A DNA stretch of 64,000 nucleotides, from assembly GCA_951406725.2 (NCBI GenBank), contig OX597827.1, positions 84,072,001 to 84,136,000 of the forward strand. Reading direction: 5' to 3'. Position 1 is the stretch's first letter, and each line of letters opens with the position of its first letter. Under the pieces are notes generated by a model. The model was not told the origin of the DNA. It did not search any database and was given only the letters and a program-made list of their open reading frames with translations. Source of the DNA: Octopus vulgaris (taxonomy: Eukaryota). The position numbers were made by a program, and so were the translations under genes. This document shows positions 28,301-43,419 of this stretch, piece after piece.

Positions 28301-31300
28301 CTTCACCAGCGTGTACAGCTGGGATTATATGATGGTGCAAGAGAGTAGTGGACACCAAATAACCACTCAGTGAGACACAATCACTTTATTAAAACAAACT
28401 GGTCAATAGAAACATTGAACCAGATAGTGACCAGTACATAAAGGAATGAATCCATCCCCAGCATTAGTGGCCTGAAAGGTCACAAATACACAGAATGTGC
28501 AACAGGTGTGTGTCGGGAACAAGTCACTAGCTGGTATATATATGTATGTGTGCGTGTGGGCAGTGAATGTATACTTTTACTTTTACTTTTACCACCTTTA
28601 GTCGAGCTAATTGTCGCCAGCACTTATTCTATCGGTCTCTATTGCTGAACCGCTAAGGGATGGGGATGTAAACATACCACCATCAGTTGTCAAGCAATGT
28701 TGGGGGGGGGGGGGACAAACACAGACACACAAACATATTCATATATATATATATATATATATATCGAAATCGAAATCGAAACCGAATTGAACCAGCCAGG
28801 ATCCCTGGTCTGGTGGTACGTAAAAAGCACTATCCGACTCGTGGCCGATGCCAGCACCGCTTCGACTGGCTTCCGTGCCGGTGGCACGTAAAATACTCCA
28901 ATCCGACCGTACGACAGGCACCCATGCCAACCCCCTTTGCTTGTGAAGACATGTTGGGGTAAGCGAAATCGAAATCGAAATTGAACCAGCCAGGATCCCT
29001 GGTCTGGTGGTACGTAAAAAGCACTATCCGACTCGTGGCCGATGCCAGCACCGCCTCGACTGGCTTCCGTGCCGGTGGCACATAAAATACACCAATCCGA
29101 CCGTGGCCGTTGCCAGCCTCACCTGGCACCTGTGCAGGTGGCACGTAAAAAGCACCCACTACACTCACGGAGTGGTTGGCGTTAGGAAGGGCATCCAGCT
29201 GTAGAAACATTGCCAGATTAGACTGGAGCCTGGTGCAGCCTTCTGGCTTCCCAGATCCCCGGTCGAACCGTCCAACCCATGCTAGCATGGAGAACGGACG
29301 TTAAACGATGATGATGATGATGATGATATATATATATATATATATATGGCGGGCTTCTTTCAGTTTCTGTCTACCAAATCCACTCACAAGGCTATGGTCG
29401 GCCCAAGGCTATAGCAGAAAACACTTGCCCAAGGTGCCACGCAGTGAGACTGAACCCGGAACCATATTGTTGGTAAGCAAGCTACTTACCACACAGCCAC
29501 ACCTTGTATATAATTTTATTGAGTAAGTTTATATTACTTAACACAAAATGATTTTCGATAGCCTTTAAATGGGAGATGTGTACAGATATATAGTTGCATT
29601 CTCTCTCCCCTCCCCTCTCTGCTCTCCATGTCTTTCTCTACCCTCTACCACTTTTCTCCCTCCTACTACTGACACATGACCTGTGGTCATTCTCTTTTTC
29701 TTTACATGCTGACCACCGAAGCGACTGGTCATATTTTCTCTCCCAATTTCAGTACATTTTGCTGTCTCTCTTTTGTCCTTCGTTTTTGTAATCCTTTAGG
29801 ATATTTCTCCTGGTGTTAACCATATTTTTGTCTGCTAGCTGGCCTAAAAGTCATATTCTGTTTCTTTATTTCAGTTGGTTTCTATGTCCACATTTCATCT
29901 TGTTTCTTTTCATCCTTGTCCTTCCACGAATCGTCTCATTTTGGATCAAATTTATTTCATGTTTGTATGTTCACTTTCTGCATTGCTTATTTCTTCACAT
30001 TCTGTCATGTTTGGTCCCTTGGATTAAGTTTGTGATGACGGCTAAATAGATATCAACATGCATGAATCATAGAAAACCATCTCTATTTGTATTTAAATAT
30101 TTGCAAAATAAGAAATAATGTCAAGTATATGTAGAAGTAGTAAAAAGTTTTCCTCCTTCTTACCAGACTCCCCAAGAATGACGATAGGGTTTTGTGAAGA
30201 TTCCATAAAATCATCAATCTGTTTGAAATATGTTTCCCCTCCAACATAGACACGTCGTCTGACATCTGCAAATGCCTGGTGAGCTTGCCATCTTTGTTCT
30301 AGCACTGACAGTTCACTGCCTTGTGGGAAATCTTTCTCCAGACATTTAATAATGTCCTACAAAAGACAAAATAAGTTTATTATTGTTGTTGTTATCTCGA
30401 GGCTATGCCATGACTGAAAAGACCAAGGATCAAAGCCAATCCAACTTTGATTACCTTTGTTTGTTTGTTTTTTTAAATACATCTATGATGCACATTATCT
30501 AAAGAGGTATTTATTTTTAAAATGGTGTGTGTGTGTGTCTGTGTGTGTATAAGATTTGCAGGATCGAATAGAACCAAGGTATTTTAATAACAAAAGCACT
30601 ACGGTACAGCTGAGGACAGCACACCAATGTACTAATAGTGTGTACAGACACTCACATGCTTACTGAAGCAGATATAGATTTGTCCTTCCAGTTATGTATG
30701 CATTTATGGCTATAGATCAATTCCACAACATATATACGTAAAGTCATACAGGAGTATTTTCTGGCAAGCAGTACAAAGTCCACTCTAGGCTCAAGATCTA
30801 AAGCAGGGAATGTTCTAAATGTGGTTAATAACACAGATGGATTGAGGTTCGCTACAGCTGTTTCAGACATGCTTTTCATTCGTTTCTACTCAGGACACAA
30901 TGCCCGAAAATTTTGGGGAAGGGCCAGTCGATTAGATCGACTCCAGTATGCAACTGATACTTAATTTATCAACCCCAAAAGGATGAAAGGCAAAGTCAAA
31001 CTCTGTGGAATTTGAACACAGAACGTAAAGACAGACGAAATACCACAAAGCATTTCATGAAGCGTGCTAATGTTCCTGCCTGCTCACCACCTTAGACATG
31101 TTTTTTATTGATGAACAAATCATTTACGTCATGTAAAAAAATCCATTTTCTTCAGGTGGATTAAGAGTAAAATTTACCATTTGAGGTTTTTCACACAAAT
31201 AGCATATAATGCCTATTGACTCTCTCTCATCTAGGTGCCAGTTGAGAGAATAAATAGGGAATGCTATTTTGATGTTTTGTAATTTTCTGTAGTTTCAAAG

Positions 31301-33752
31301 CATAAGCCTCTGCTTTTGGTAATCTACCTGACAAGTTCTTCTCTACAACTACCCAAATACAAATCTAAAGATTTATATTCACTAGGTACACAAACATTCA
31401 CTCTTAGAAGTCTTCATGTTTTCCTATGTCCTGGGGTGCATATAGTCTCATAACATTTGCTTTGGCTGCAATCCACCATTTCCTTTTTTGTCAACCTATC
31501 CAAATTCATTATCTCTCCTTTGCTCTAATTCGAAATACTCACACGATATCTAATAACCAGTACAGCCTAGACTTTGATATGCACCTGACTAAAAGTTTGG
31601 GCCCTACACCACATTCCACTCTCCTCCTATATCCAGTCAGGTCAGACAAAGGGCATCAAAACAGAAGATAAGCTGGTGTGTGGAATAGGGGCCATATACA
31701 GTATTAGTAAAATGCAGAAAACATATTTGGTATTTCATACTTTATAAAACCTTTTGTTTTTCTGACATTGCTTGAAACTGAAGCCATAATCTTGACAATG
31801 AACCGACCACTGGCTTCCTTGACCTTGATTAATGAAAAACGTTGTTTGTACTGTAGTTGTTACCTTTGCTAGTGATATTATTGCTGTTGTTGTCATTGTT
31901 GTGGTCACTGGAGCTGGCAATGTGGGTGTTGTCAATCCTGGAGTTGTCTACAGGGTTCTTTGGTTGTCTCCTTTGCTTTCTCTCTTTCTATTGCGTCTCT
32001 ATGGAAACAGCTGTTAGTATGTACCAAGTGTGTATTTGTATCTACCCATTTGTCTATGAAACAGAATGGCTTCAGCAACCTTTCTGTTTTCTCTTTATTT
32101 TCTCTTATTATTCTGTGCCCTGGGTTCCAACACTGCACTCTTGATAATTTGCAAAATGGCGATATGTATATTGAACAACTTATGCAAATAACTTGAAGAT
32201 ACCTAATGGAGAGACAACCATGCCCTGCATAGGTCTGAGTTGCCCTTTGGTAAAGCAATAACATCCATTCAGTCATCCTGCCAGGAATATGGCCAACTCA
32301 TGGGACTGCAGCATGGGGAATTGTGAAAAAGTTCAGCTGAGCCAATTGTGCTTCTTACATTGATGTTGAGTGGCAGAATTCTGGAAGGTATGTTATGTAT
32401 GTATTAAGAGAGTAACTCTGATGCATCTATAGGGGTGGTATTTAATAAAAGATCTGCTATGACACAAGCTCCCAAATCAAATTCACTGAGTATGATGAGT
32501 AATAGAATTGGATGGTGACAGAGAGTCATGGGAATCTGTGCAAACAACACAACCACACTGAGCAACTTAACACAACACCATATTTTTTCTTAAACATTGT
32601 GGAGTTCAATAAGATTTGTACTTTTCAACAATTATGTAATCTTGCCAGTTAACTTTTCAAAAGGCACACGTCTTATGAAGCATAGAATGCCAATCATATT
32701 TTCTGTATTTCATTTATTAATAATACATACATCTAATATAATAAATGTGAAAACTAATTTCTGTGTGTCAGAGTGTCACAATTAGATGCCCCCCTCTCTC
32801 ACTATTCAATGACACTCCTACTATTCCTCATGATGGGGTGAGAGTAATAGTAGGCATAGACAGTGAAGGCAGTGGCAAAGACAAAGAGAGAGAAAGAAAG
32901 AAAAAAAAGAGAAAGAGAAACAAAAAGATTTAGTGAGAGTTGATGATATTTTTGTTAATAGTAATGTTGATGGTGGTAGTGGGAGTAATAATAAGAGAGA
33001 GAGGAAGAGTGGATGTGTGAGAGAAAGAGGGACTGAAGTAACATACTGAATGAACACACACGTTTAACCTTTTTGTGATGGTAATGGGGTGAAAGTAGTA
33101 GTATGAGCTGTAGTTGTGATAGAGGTGGTGGTGGTGGTCAGAGATGATGGTGAAAGTAAGCAATGTGAAAGACAGTGGTGATGGTGGTGGAGGAGAAGGC
33201 TGTGAAGTCAAAGATATTGATGGTGGTGGTGTCAGAAGTCTGAATAGTGTGTGTATGGCAGTTGTGGTGATGATGGTGGTGGTAATGTGATGGTGATGGT
33301 TGCAAACAATCAACGGAAAGAGAGAGAGAGAAAGAAAGAGGTTAGATCGAAAACAAAATTGTTCTGACCCCAGAATGGAAAGACAAAAAATGTCGTTTAT
33401 CACAGCTTTGCAATAAGTTCCAAGTCAACAAATTCTATCATTGTTTTGATGAAAATTATTCATTGCTTGGAAAATATTGGTCAACTTTAATAAAATTTAA
33501 TTTGTATTCAATGCATGAAGTGTCATTTTTGGGCCCAAGGCTCAATGAAGAGCCCTCCACAGGAGCTAGCTTAAAAGCTGCCCTTTAGGTGGCTTTTAAG
33601 TTACTACATAATACATACATACACACATACATATGAACATATATACATACATATGTACATATACACATATGTACATACATAGGTATGTTACGTATGTACA
33701 TACATATGTACGTACATATGTATGCATGTATTATTAATACAATGTCCATATG

Positions 33753-33791
<39 letters not shown>

Positions 33792-36700
33792 TCTTTCTTC
33801 TATTTTTAATTATTTGCAGTCTTCTTGAAAGGAAGGAAATCGTTTCTGACAAAGATATAAAACTTCATCATTGGAATATTTCAAAGTCTTGCATATTTTT
33901 AACATTTGCTTTACAGATTGCAGTTGTAATGTCAGCTGGTTGGTTTCTTTTTCTGCAAATCCTAGTTTTTCCAGATTGTCTCTTAGAAATTTACTCTCAA
34001 TATCAAATGCACTAATTATTACTGGTATAAATGTGAATTTATAATCTGGCTGTAGAACCTGGAGTCTGTAGTTATCCTTCTTCACTTTGATTTTCAAAGA
34101 GATATTTTCAGCAGTAGGGAAGCTGACCTCTATCATAGTACAAACTATTAGTTTTGTTGTTTTTTTTTGACCCAAAGAATGATATCTGACTTGTTATGTC
34201 TGCACTTGACAGAAAATCTATGTGAATGTTCTGCCAATATTCCTTGTGCTTGTGGTTTGTGTATGAATTCAATAACAGCAGAGGTTCTCTATAGTTATCT
34301 CGGGACAGTATTTATTTTTTCCATGTAACATTGTATATTGTTTAAGGAACAGCATCATATTACATTGGGAAGGGACATTTTTAGGCAGCTGCTGATCATT
34401 TGTCTTCGACAAAAATGTGATATGGTCGACATTTTATGGTCTCTAAGAACTTCTCTGTCTCTTTTGCTTTGTAGCACTCTCTTACTCTCGGATTGCAAAA
34501 GCATATCCATTGAAGGGTGATGTGATTTAACAATCCTGAGTCCAAGAAAGGCTGAATTCATGTCAATTTTAATATCATCTTTCCAGGCAGTGAGCAGGCA
34601 GAATCATTAGCATGCCAAGTGAAATGCTTAATGGTAGCTTGTCTATTTTTACATTCTGAGTTCAAATTCTGCCAAGGATGACTTTTTTTTCATCCTTTCA
34701 GGATCAATAAAATAAATACCAGTTGAACACTGGGGTTGTTGCAATAGCCAAACCCTTTCTCCAAAATTGCTGACCTTGTGCCATAATTTGAAACCAATAT
34801 TAGTATCATCTTCAAGGTTTTGGGAAACAGGCCTGTCAATAGCATTGGCATTTCATATTCAAGTCTTCCTTGAATAAGGTTAGTCCAGCTGTTTTGGGGT
34901 TGTAAGCAATATAGTGTTTCTTGAAGAACTCACTGCCAACATGTAGGATATTGTTCTTTTTGCACATACATATACATAAGTATGTATAGGCAAACTGGTA
35001 TTGTCATTAATGCATTGGATAGAATGCCTTGTAGTATTTGTTCAGGACCATTTCATTCTGAGTTCAAACTTGGCTGAAGCCAACTTTCCTGTCTTCCTTC
35101 TGGATCTGATAAATACATTATTTTTCACCCACAAACATCTTTGATACAAAATATAGAGTTACAACAATAAAACCAAAAGAAATTCCTGGAAGAAATTTTG
35201 GGATAGGCTTTATTTCTGGTGCTAAGCCTGAAATTTGTGAGCAGAAAAATCTGTTATGTATATATCACTGTGATCACTGTGACCAACCAGGCTATCAGAT
35301 GTTGCTACACATCGTTGGTCACAATGTGCTTTGCATTGTTTTAACCTTCAAATGATGCCATCCCACTGGCTAAGCGAGCAGGCCAACAAGAGAAAGTTGT
35401 AGCAAAAGAGTACAGCAGGGATCGCCCCCCGCCCCCTGCCAGAGCCTCGTGGAGCTTTAGGTGTTTTCACTCAATAAACACTCACAATGCCCGGTCTGGG
35501 AATTGAAACTGTGATCCTACAACCGCGAGTCTGCTGCCCTAACTACTGGGCCATTGCACTTCCATATTATGTATATATATGTATAGATAGATAGACAGAC
35601 AGACAGACAGATATACATATACACACACAAAATACTTATATGTGAGCATGTGTGTGTCTGCGAGAGAGGTTAAGAGAGAAGGACTATACATGTAACAACA
35701 ATAATAAATAGTAGCAGCAGTGTTGGTGCTGTAGCCAGTGTTGTCACCAAATTCCCTGTCTCCTTCCTTAAATCTAATATACCTGCATCTACAGCAAATA
35801 AAGTTGTCACCCAGCTCAGTATGCACATTGCACCATTGGCCAATAGACACAGATCTTACCTTTTTCACAAATTCACAGACTTCACTTGTTGTTTTGTATT
35901 TCTTACTGTTTAAATCCTTGTTTGACAAAATCAAGTTCTTCAACGATTGTTGCCTTTCCTTGTGCCACTCTGACTCTGGCAGGTTTACCTGTAACATATG
36001 GAGTTGCTCATGATATATAAACATGTTACATAAACACTTCAAGCTGACCTCACACTTCTCCACACCAATGTATCGCACTACTCCACTCTGTCACATAAAG
36101 CAACACCTGATTATCCCTTCATCACAATCCACCATGTTTGAATTTAAAAAATGGGATTTCATGACTGGACATTTTTTGATGAGAAGTCTGCAGGAGCAGG
36201 GTTGGCCTGATAAAAAGAGCTAACAACACTGACCACAAAATATTGACATCACCATACCACAGACCATATCATCCTATATTCACTACACCACACAACATTC
36301 CTCCCATGCCAAAATACATCACATTACATCATTCTTCCTCACAACATGTAGTATCCCCATCGAAGCACTCCACCATATATTATATTGCTTTATCACACAA
36401 GAGTTTACCACACTTCACTTCATCATGCCACTTGCTCCCATACTCCAACATTTCACACTACAGCCCATACAATCCATATCACATAACACATAACAAACTG
36501 CAAAAGCACCAACTTTGTATTCTTCATTGTCGATTTGGTGAGTATCTGGTAGGTCCCTTAGATAGAAGAAACTCCGTTCCTTGGAGTTAATCACATCATT
36601 CAGAACAGCATGCTGAATTTCAAGCTGAAGAACAACAAGGGTAGAAATTCTATTCAGAACGAGGATTTGATTTGAATCTATTTTTGGATAAAATTCAAAC

Positions 36701-39700
36701 CACATGATAAGAAACAACCTTCTCAACCACAGAGCCATACTTGTTCCCATACATACAAGCACGAATACATGTGCTATGTCTGTGATATAACAATGCTACA
36801 GTCATAATGAGCAATATGAAGTAAAACAATATCACCCTAGTATAAAATCCTTGTCTCTCTCCTAATCAGTACTCAGCCAATAACCAGTGAAGAACTTTCA
36901 ATGAAACAGTGATAAAGAGTCAGTGACAATGAAAATATGTGTTAAATGACTGAGGTACTTCCTTCATTGACTCTCACTCAGCTATCATGACTTATGATGG
37001 TGTCAAACAGCATTAAAATGTGCAGCCTAAAGTTGTTTGCAAATATATTATTTTGATCCCAGAATAACACTGGCATACAAAACATAAATTAAAACTTATG
37101 TAAATTAAAATACCTATAAATAAAGCATAAAAACATAGTTCTATTTAATTGGATAAAATACTAATAAAGTAAAAGATGAAGAGACTAAGCAATCAATATT
37201 CAATCATATATCATTAAAAAAAAGAAAGAGTCAGATTTCACCCATCCATTTCCCTTAATAACTTTCAAAAAAAGACTGGAAATTGTGAAGGATGACTTCA
37301 GAATCTCCTGCAACTCTTCTGGACGATCCCCTTGTCTAAGCTGGTGAATGCTACCATAATCCTTGCCTTCAGTTCCTCTTTGGTGTTACAAGGAGTTTTG
37401 TTGGTCCCTCACACAACTGCAACCCAGATCAAGGAGGTTGCATTCTGGGGAGTTAGGTGGCCATATGTTAGGGGTGATGTTGTCACAGAAATTGTCTGAC
37501 AGCCTTGACTGGGTTCTCCTGCTTGTATGGCATGGTGCAGAGTCTTGTTGCCAGACATAGGGTCTTCCAGCTGCTACTCTCTTGACCCAGGGCAGCACTA
37601 CCTCCTCCAGGCACTTGATGCAGGCCTCTGTGTGGGAAGATAAATGGAAGCATAACTTTGCCATCACTTGAGATCACTCCATACACCATGATGTTGACTG
37701 GATGTTTGATTTTCATCATTCTTGATACATGTTTTGGGGACACAGCAAGCCAGCAGTTGTTCTGTGTGTTCACCATTTGTTCATATTGGAGCTTCTGGTG
37801 CAAATTTCAAACAGTACAGCATGTCGTTTCCAAATTTCTGACAGAGTGATTTGTGTCATGGTTCTGATTTTCGCACAGACAGTACCCCATTGATCCTACT
37901 GTACTGTGTAGTCAACAAACTCAGAAACAAACAATGGGCATGCACAAAATGAAAAATATAAATTAGTGACAATTTACCCATTGCACCCTATGTGTGTGTG
38001 TGTGTGTGTGTTATGAGTGTATAGTTCACAGATGAAATCCAGATATTCTCTACTTATATAAATATATATAAATTCATCATCTGAAAGTTTCCACCTTTTG
38101 CTTTCTCTCATTTTGCATGTATACATATATACATATTTTGTATTTGATATTCTTCATATATTTAATATGTTTGTTGTGCCTAATTTGTTTATATCCATAA
38201 TTGCTTCATCATCATCATCATCATCGCTTAACATCCATTTTCCATGCTAGCATGGGTTGGATGGTTTGACCGGGGTCTGGGAAGCTAGGAGGTTGCACCA
38301 GGCTCCAGTCTGATCTGGATGCCCTTCCTAACGCCAACCACTCCGTGAGTGTAGTAGGTGCATTTTACATGCCACTGGCACAGGTGCTGTGCCTTTGTCT
38401 GTGTGTCCCCATCCCCTAATTGTGAACTAGCGCTGATTTATTTACATTATTTATATTTGACGGATATTTGTCCTCATCTTGTTTGTTGTTAACACAATGT
38501 TTTGGCTGATATACCCCCCAGCCTTCATCAGGTGTTTGAGGGAAATCTCGAACCTGGGTTCTCATTCCTAAGGTATTTTCTGAGTTTTATTCCAGGCAGT
38601 GACCTCATCATCATCATCATCATCATCATCATTTAACGTCCGTTTTCCGCACTAGCACGGGTTGGACGGTTCGACTGGGGTCTGGGAAGCCAGGGGCTGC
38701 TCCAGGCTCCAGTCTGATCTGGCAGAGTTTCTATGGCTGGATGCCCTTCCTAACGCCAACCACTCCGCGAGTGTAGTGGGTGCTTTTTACGTGCCACCGG
38801 CACGGGTGCCAGGGGGGGTCCGGCATTGGTCACGATCGGTTGGAGCTTTTAACGTGCCAGCGGCACGGAAGCCAGCCAAGGCGGCGCTGGCAACGTTCGG
38901 ATGGTCTTGACCTGAATAATAATAATAATAAAATCGAAAAATACCTTAGGAATGAGAACCCAGGTTCGAAATTTCCCCAAGACACCTCATGAAGGCTAAA
39001 GGGTACATCAACCGAAACGTTGTTTTAACAACAAACAAGATGAGGACAAATATCCGTCAGTTGTAAATAATGTAGGGTTGATTTGTTTGACTAAACTCAT
39101 CAAGGCAGTGTCCTAGCATGGTCCTGTGTAATGATTAAAACAAGTAACATATATATATATATATATATGTATATGTTATTCAACATGTTGGTCTAAAAAC
39201 CAATCAAATATTGATTTACATATGATTGCCTAATGATTTGAGAGTCTCACATAACTTACTGTACGATGCTACATCATAATAAAATCTCCTGATGAAACAT
39301 TGCAGTGAGACCATTGCCTATCATTTATTATTATTATTATTACATAAATGTGTGTGTCTGTTTGTATATGTTCTTCCTGGAGTCTATGGACCCATTAAAC
39401 TGGTGTATACCTTAGTATACTGAGTGTGCATGACTTGTCCCTGAAGAGAACACTAGTGAGTTGCAGAATTAATTCCCCAGCATCTGCTGATCTCCATTTT
39501 GATTTCACTGGACTGAAATTACTTAGTCTGAGAATTGTACAATCAACCTAACAATCAGGAGTCCAATACTCGAACTGCAATGTCATCTACCTTCAGACAG
39601 GCACACATATATTGAGAGATGACAGAATGAGTGCATGGAATAAAAGTATCGTATAATATTTCATTCACCCATTCAGGTTCTGAGTTCAAATAGTGCCATT

Positions 39701-42276
39701 AACTTTGCCTTTCCTTTTGAAGGTGATAAAATAAATAATCAAAGTGGATATAATTGATTATACCCTAAAATAGATGCACCACAATCACATGACTTTCAGT
39801 AATTTTAAAGTATCTCAATATCCTCAATATTTGGCACATACGCAACACGCAAACACTCTTTACTAAATATTTACATCCTACCTGTGTTACACTGACTCCA
39901 TAACGACACTCCTCCAACCATTTTAAATCACTGATATGCTCAATGGCATAATCAAAACTCTCATTAAGGACAATATCAGGTTTGTCTTCTCTCTGGCTCC
40001 AACCAAATTTTTCTCCCATTAAAGAAATGAAGTAAGGGCGACATCTCTCAATCTGGAAGAAAGACATTGATAAATATAGCATGCAAGATAAAAATCACAT
40101 TCTTCCCACATATTTCTCTTTTTTCCTCATCCCCCTACTGTGCCTATAGTCTACCATTATTCTCCTCCTCACATTGTTATCACCATTTGCCTTTCCTTTT
40201 GGAGGCGATAAAATAAATAATGAAAGTGGATATTCAAGCCCATATTTTCATGCTTTGGAAATCTATGCATCAAATTTAAATAGATAATGTGGATACAGCT
40301 TGCTGGAGCCTTTCAAGCATTCCACTACATATTTTAATTGTGAAACATATCTATCAGTTAATACTGCTGCTATATAAACCAGAAGATTACAGAAAGCATA
40401 AAAGTACTCGTTTTATCATATGTCATAAAATTGTGAACATAATCTTAAGTCAACCACGGTAGTGGTTGAATATATTCTTAAGTCAACCATTTTGTCAATT
40501 GCAACAGCTGCCAAGCTTCACCACTAATTCAGTTCCCAACTAAATTGCAGACTGTTAATAGTTTTAAAGAGGAGACTTCCTCAGCTAAACTTTGGCATAA
40601 ATAGTTTGAGATTTGGTTCAATAGAAAAAAAGTTACATCAAAATATATCAGACCTCAAGTTGGGCAGTAAGGCAGATATTCATCTTCAATTAACATAAAT
40701 TTTAAAAATAGAAAAATAGTTATGCACAAAATTTGATGTCAGTAAATGAGAAAGTAAGAAGTGATACCCCAAGCAATAAGAATAAAGAATATATTTCTAA
40801 AATGAGTGTTTACATTCTAAGACATCAAGCTTGCAGAAATGTTAATATGCCAGGAGAAATGCTTAGTGGTATTTCATCTGTCTTTATGTTTTGGGTTCAA
40901 ATTTCACCAAGGTCGACTTTGTCTTTTATCCATTTTGGATCTATTCAGTTTAATGTTCAGATTATTTAATTAATTTTTTTTTTACTAAACACTTTGAAAC
41001 TACTGATACTGATAGAATGTGTCACATGGAACAGGGTTTACTCTTAACATTTTTGACAAAATTTTGTATTTTAGAAGCAGTATTTCATCAGAAGTTACAG
41101 AGTGACAATGGACAAATTCGTGTTTGATAAGTGCCAATGCACAAAACTCTCAGCCTTTGACTTACTCTCTAACTTCTGCCGATGATATATATACATATTA
41201 CATATATGTGTAAAAAAAAAATCTCATCACACAATCGAACCAATGAAAGAGCCTCTACCTGGTCGCTTGACATGCTAAAAATAGCAGCCAAAGTATCCCC
41301 TACCTAAATCACACGCTCATTATATGTAATGTCCTAGATTATCCCTAAAAACCGGTTTGCTGATGGCTGGAATGTCTTTGATGATAGGTTTGCAGTGTCA
41401 CGGTTGATTTGAGACTAAATAACAACATTATGGTAAATTTCTATATTAACACCTGCACAATTTTCACCAAGAAAAGGAAACAAAAAATCTGATTTTTTGC
41501 ATGGAATCAAGTACCCTGACCTTCTAATATGCTGCAATTCCCTTATTTTGGTTCAGAAAGAATAAGGTGGTGGAACCGCCCCACCTACCCAATCCTAGAA
41601 TCATTGGAAATTTTTTTTTGTTGAATGAATTCCTGTGACATCCTAATATGGAAAAATTAGGTTACTTAAGGTGAGCCTGGTAACTGATGGTTTTGGGGTC
41701 TTGTTTGTAACTTTTGGTGAGCCATGGTGCAACCAACAACATGGTAAAAATTCCTGCCATTAATTTGACACATTATTAATTATCTTATAAGAGCAATGCC
41801 TGGAAAAATCATGGATTACATGAAAAAATGGAAGCATGAAAAGTAATATTCTTAAGATTATAAACCTGGAAAAGTACAGGACAAGTTATTACACCTGTAA
41901 AAGTACAGGACAAGTTTTATTTCTAGTTAAGAACAAGAAACTTTTTACTTAAAATATTGCAGCTATTGAAACTTATTTTATCATAGTTTACAAATAACAC
42001 TATATTTATTCAAGTAGAATTTGGCTAATTTACTACCTTAAATACAGAAAAAAGTGACTAGTTAGACAAACTTACAAATTATCTGAACAGTTTTGTACAA
42101 TAAATTTAAAAGATGAGAACTGTAAAGAGTAATAAATTAGAAGAACTGGCATTCTTTGCTGCAATATTTTAAGTAAAAAGTTTCCTATTCTTTACTTTAC
42201 TAGAAATGATAGCTTGTTCTATACTTTTCCAGGTTTATAATCTTAAGAATATTAATTTTTATGCTTGCATTTTTCC

Positions 42277-42325
<49 letters not shown>

Positions 42326-43377
42326 CAACTTGTGTGTCTGTGTGTTTAACTTCCTGGAACATCTCCTCCTAGCCAACAAATCGTAGAACCACCGAAAAAT
42401 GGGTCACTTAAAGTTTAGGCAAATGAAAATTGAACTGCGCTATTTCTGTTCCGAAATTTATCTCGCAAGTGCAAAAATCGATAATGTGTTTGTTTTGGCC
42501 TTATCTCATGAATTGAATAGTGAACTTTACTCAGTCAGCTGTTTGACATGAACTGTGTTCACTACGCGTGCAAGCATGCGTAAATTGCATGAAAAATAAA
42601 AAATCAAGATATAAAAACGAATCGCCGTAAACATTGTAGAAATTTGGCAAAGAAATGAATTTTCAGGATGTAGCCTGGAGGGTTTTTTCGTATTTATTGT
42701 TTGGACTTTGTGAACACATACCAATTGTTTTCATAACATTTTTAACACTTTGAATTAAATGTGACCATTTTGCGTTGAGTCTGCAGTTTGAATCACTTTA
42801 ACCAAATTTTCGCAGGATGGATTTTTGATCATCACGATACATCGCCAACGACTCCCTGAAACTCTCCCCTGAAATCCCCGTTGAGAAATCTATATATATA
42901 AAACTCAACTTGTGTGTCTGTGTGTGTGTGTTTAACTTTTGGATCTACCAAGTTTCATTATTAAGGCTGGAAAGTAGTGTGTAGCAAATCTATATATATA
43001 AAGCTGATGTTGTCTGTGTGTGGCAGGTTTGCTAGCCTTCAACTAACACTATCTCCTTCAAGACCCTGCAGCGCAAGTTGACCGAAATTGAGAGTATGAT
43101 AGAAGAAGGCTTGCTCTTCATTCTGTAGAAGATAAAATTCAAACTGGACCATGTTAACAGCAAAAATTATTTACATCAAAAAGATGCTTTTTTTTCTATG
43201 AAAATCCCTATTTTTAACGATTTTTGACTGCTGTGTCACCATTTTCAGGGGTATTTCAACTGGAAAAATGTTCACTTGAAGAGAATAACAAGTTGCATAA
43301 TGCAAAATTTTTACTTTTCAAAAATTCCAATTCTAAAGGGTCAAAACAAACCCAAGCAACACCGGGTGATACTGCTA

Positions 43378-43419
<42 letters not shown>

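Noticed and set aside
31700-32300. Cys-containing minus-strand ORFs 31932-32276 and 31735-31935
   Set aside because: I saw no splice signals fitting the host gene phases and no recognisable domain; probably an old repeat remnant that I cannot classify.
39287-39320. CTGATGA...GAGAC hammerhead-like core
   Set aside because: GAAA is mutated and there are no convincing stems I or III.
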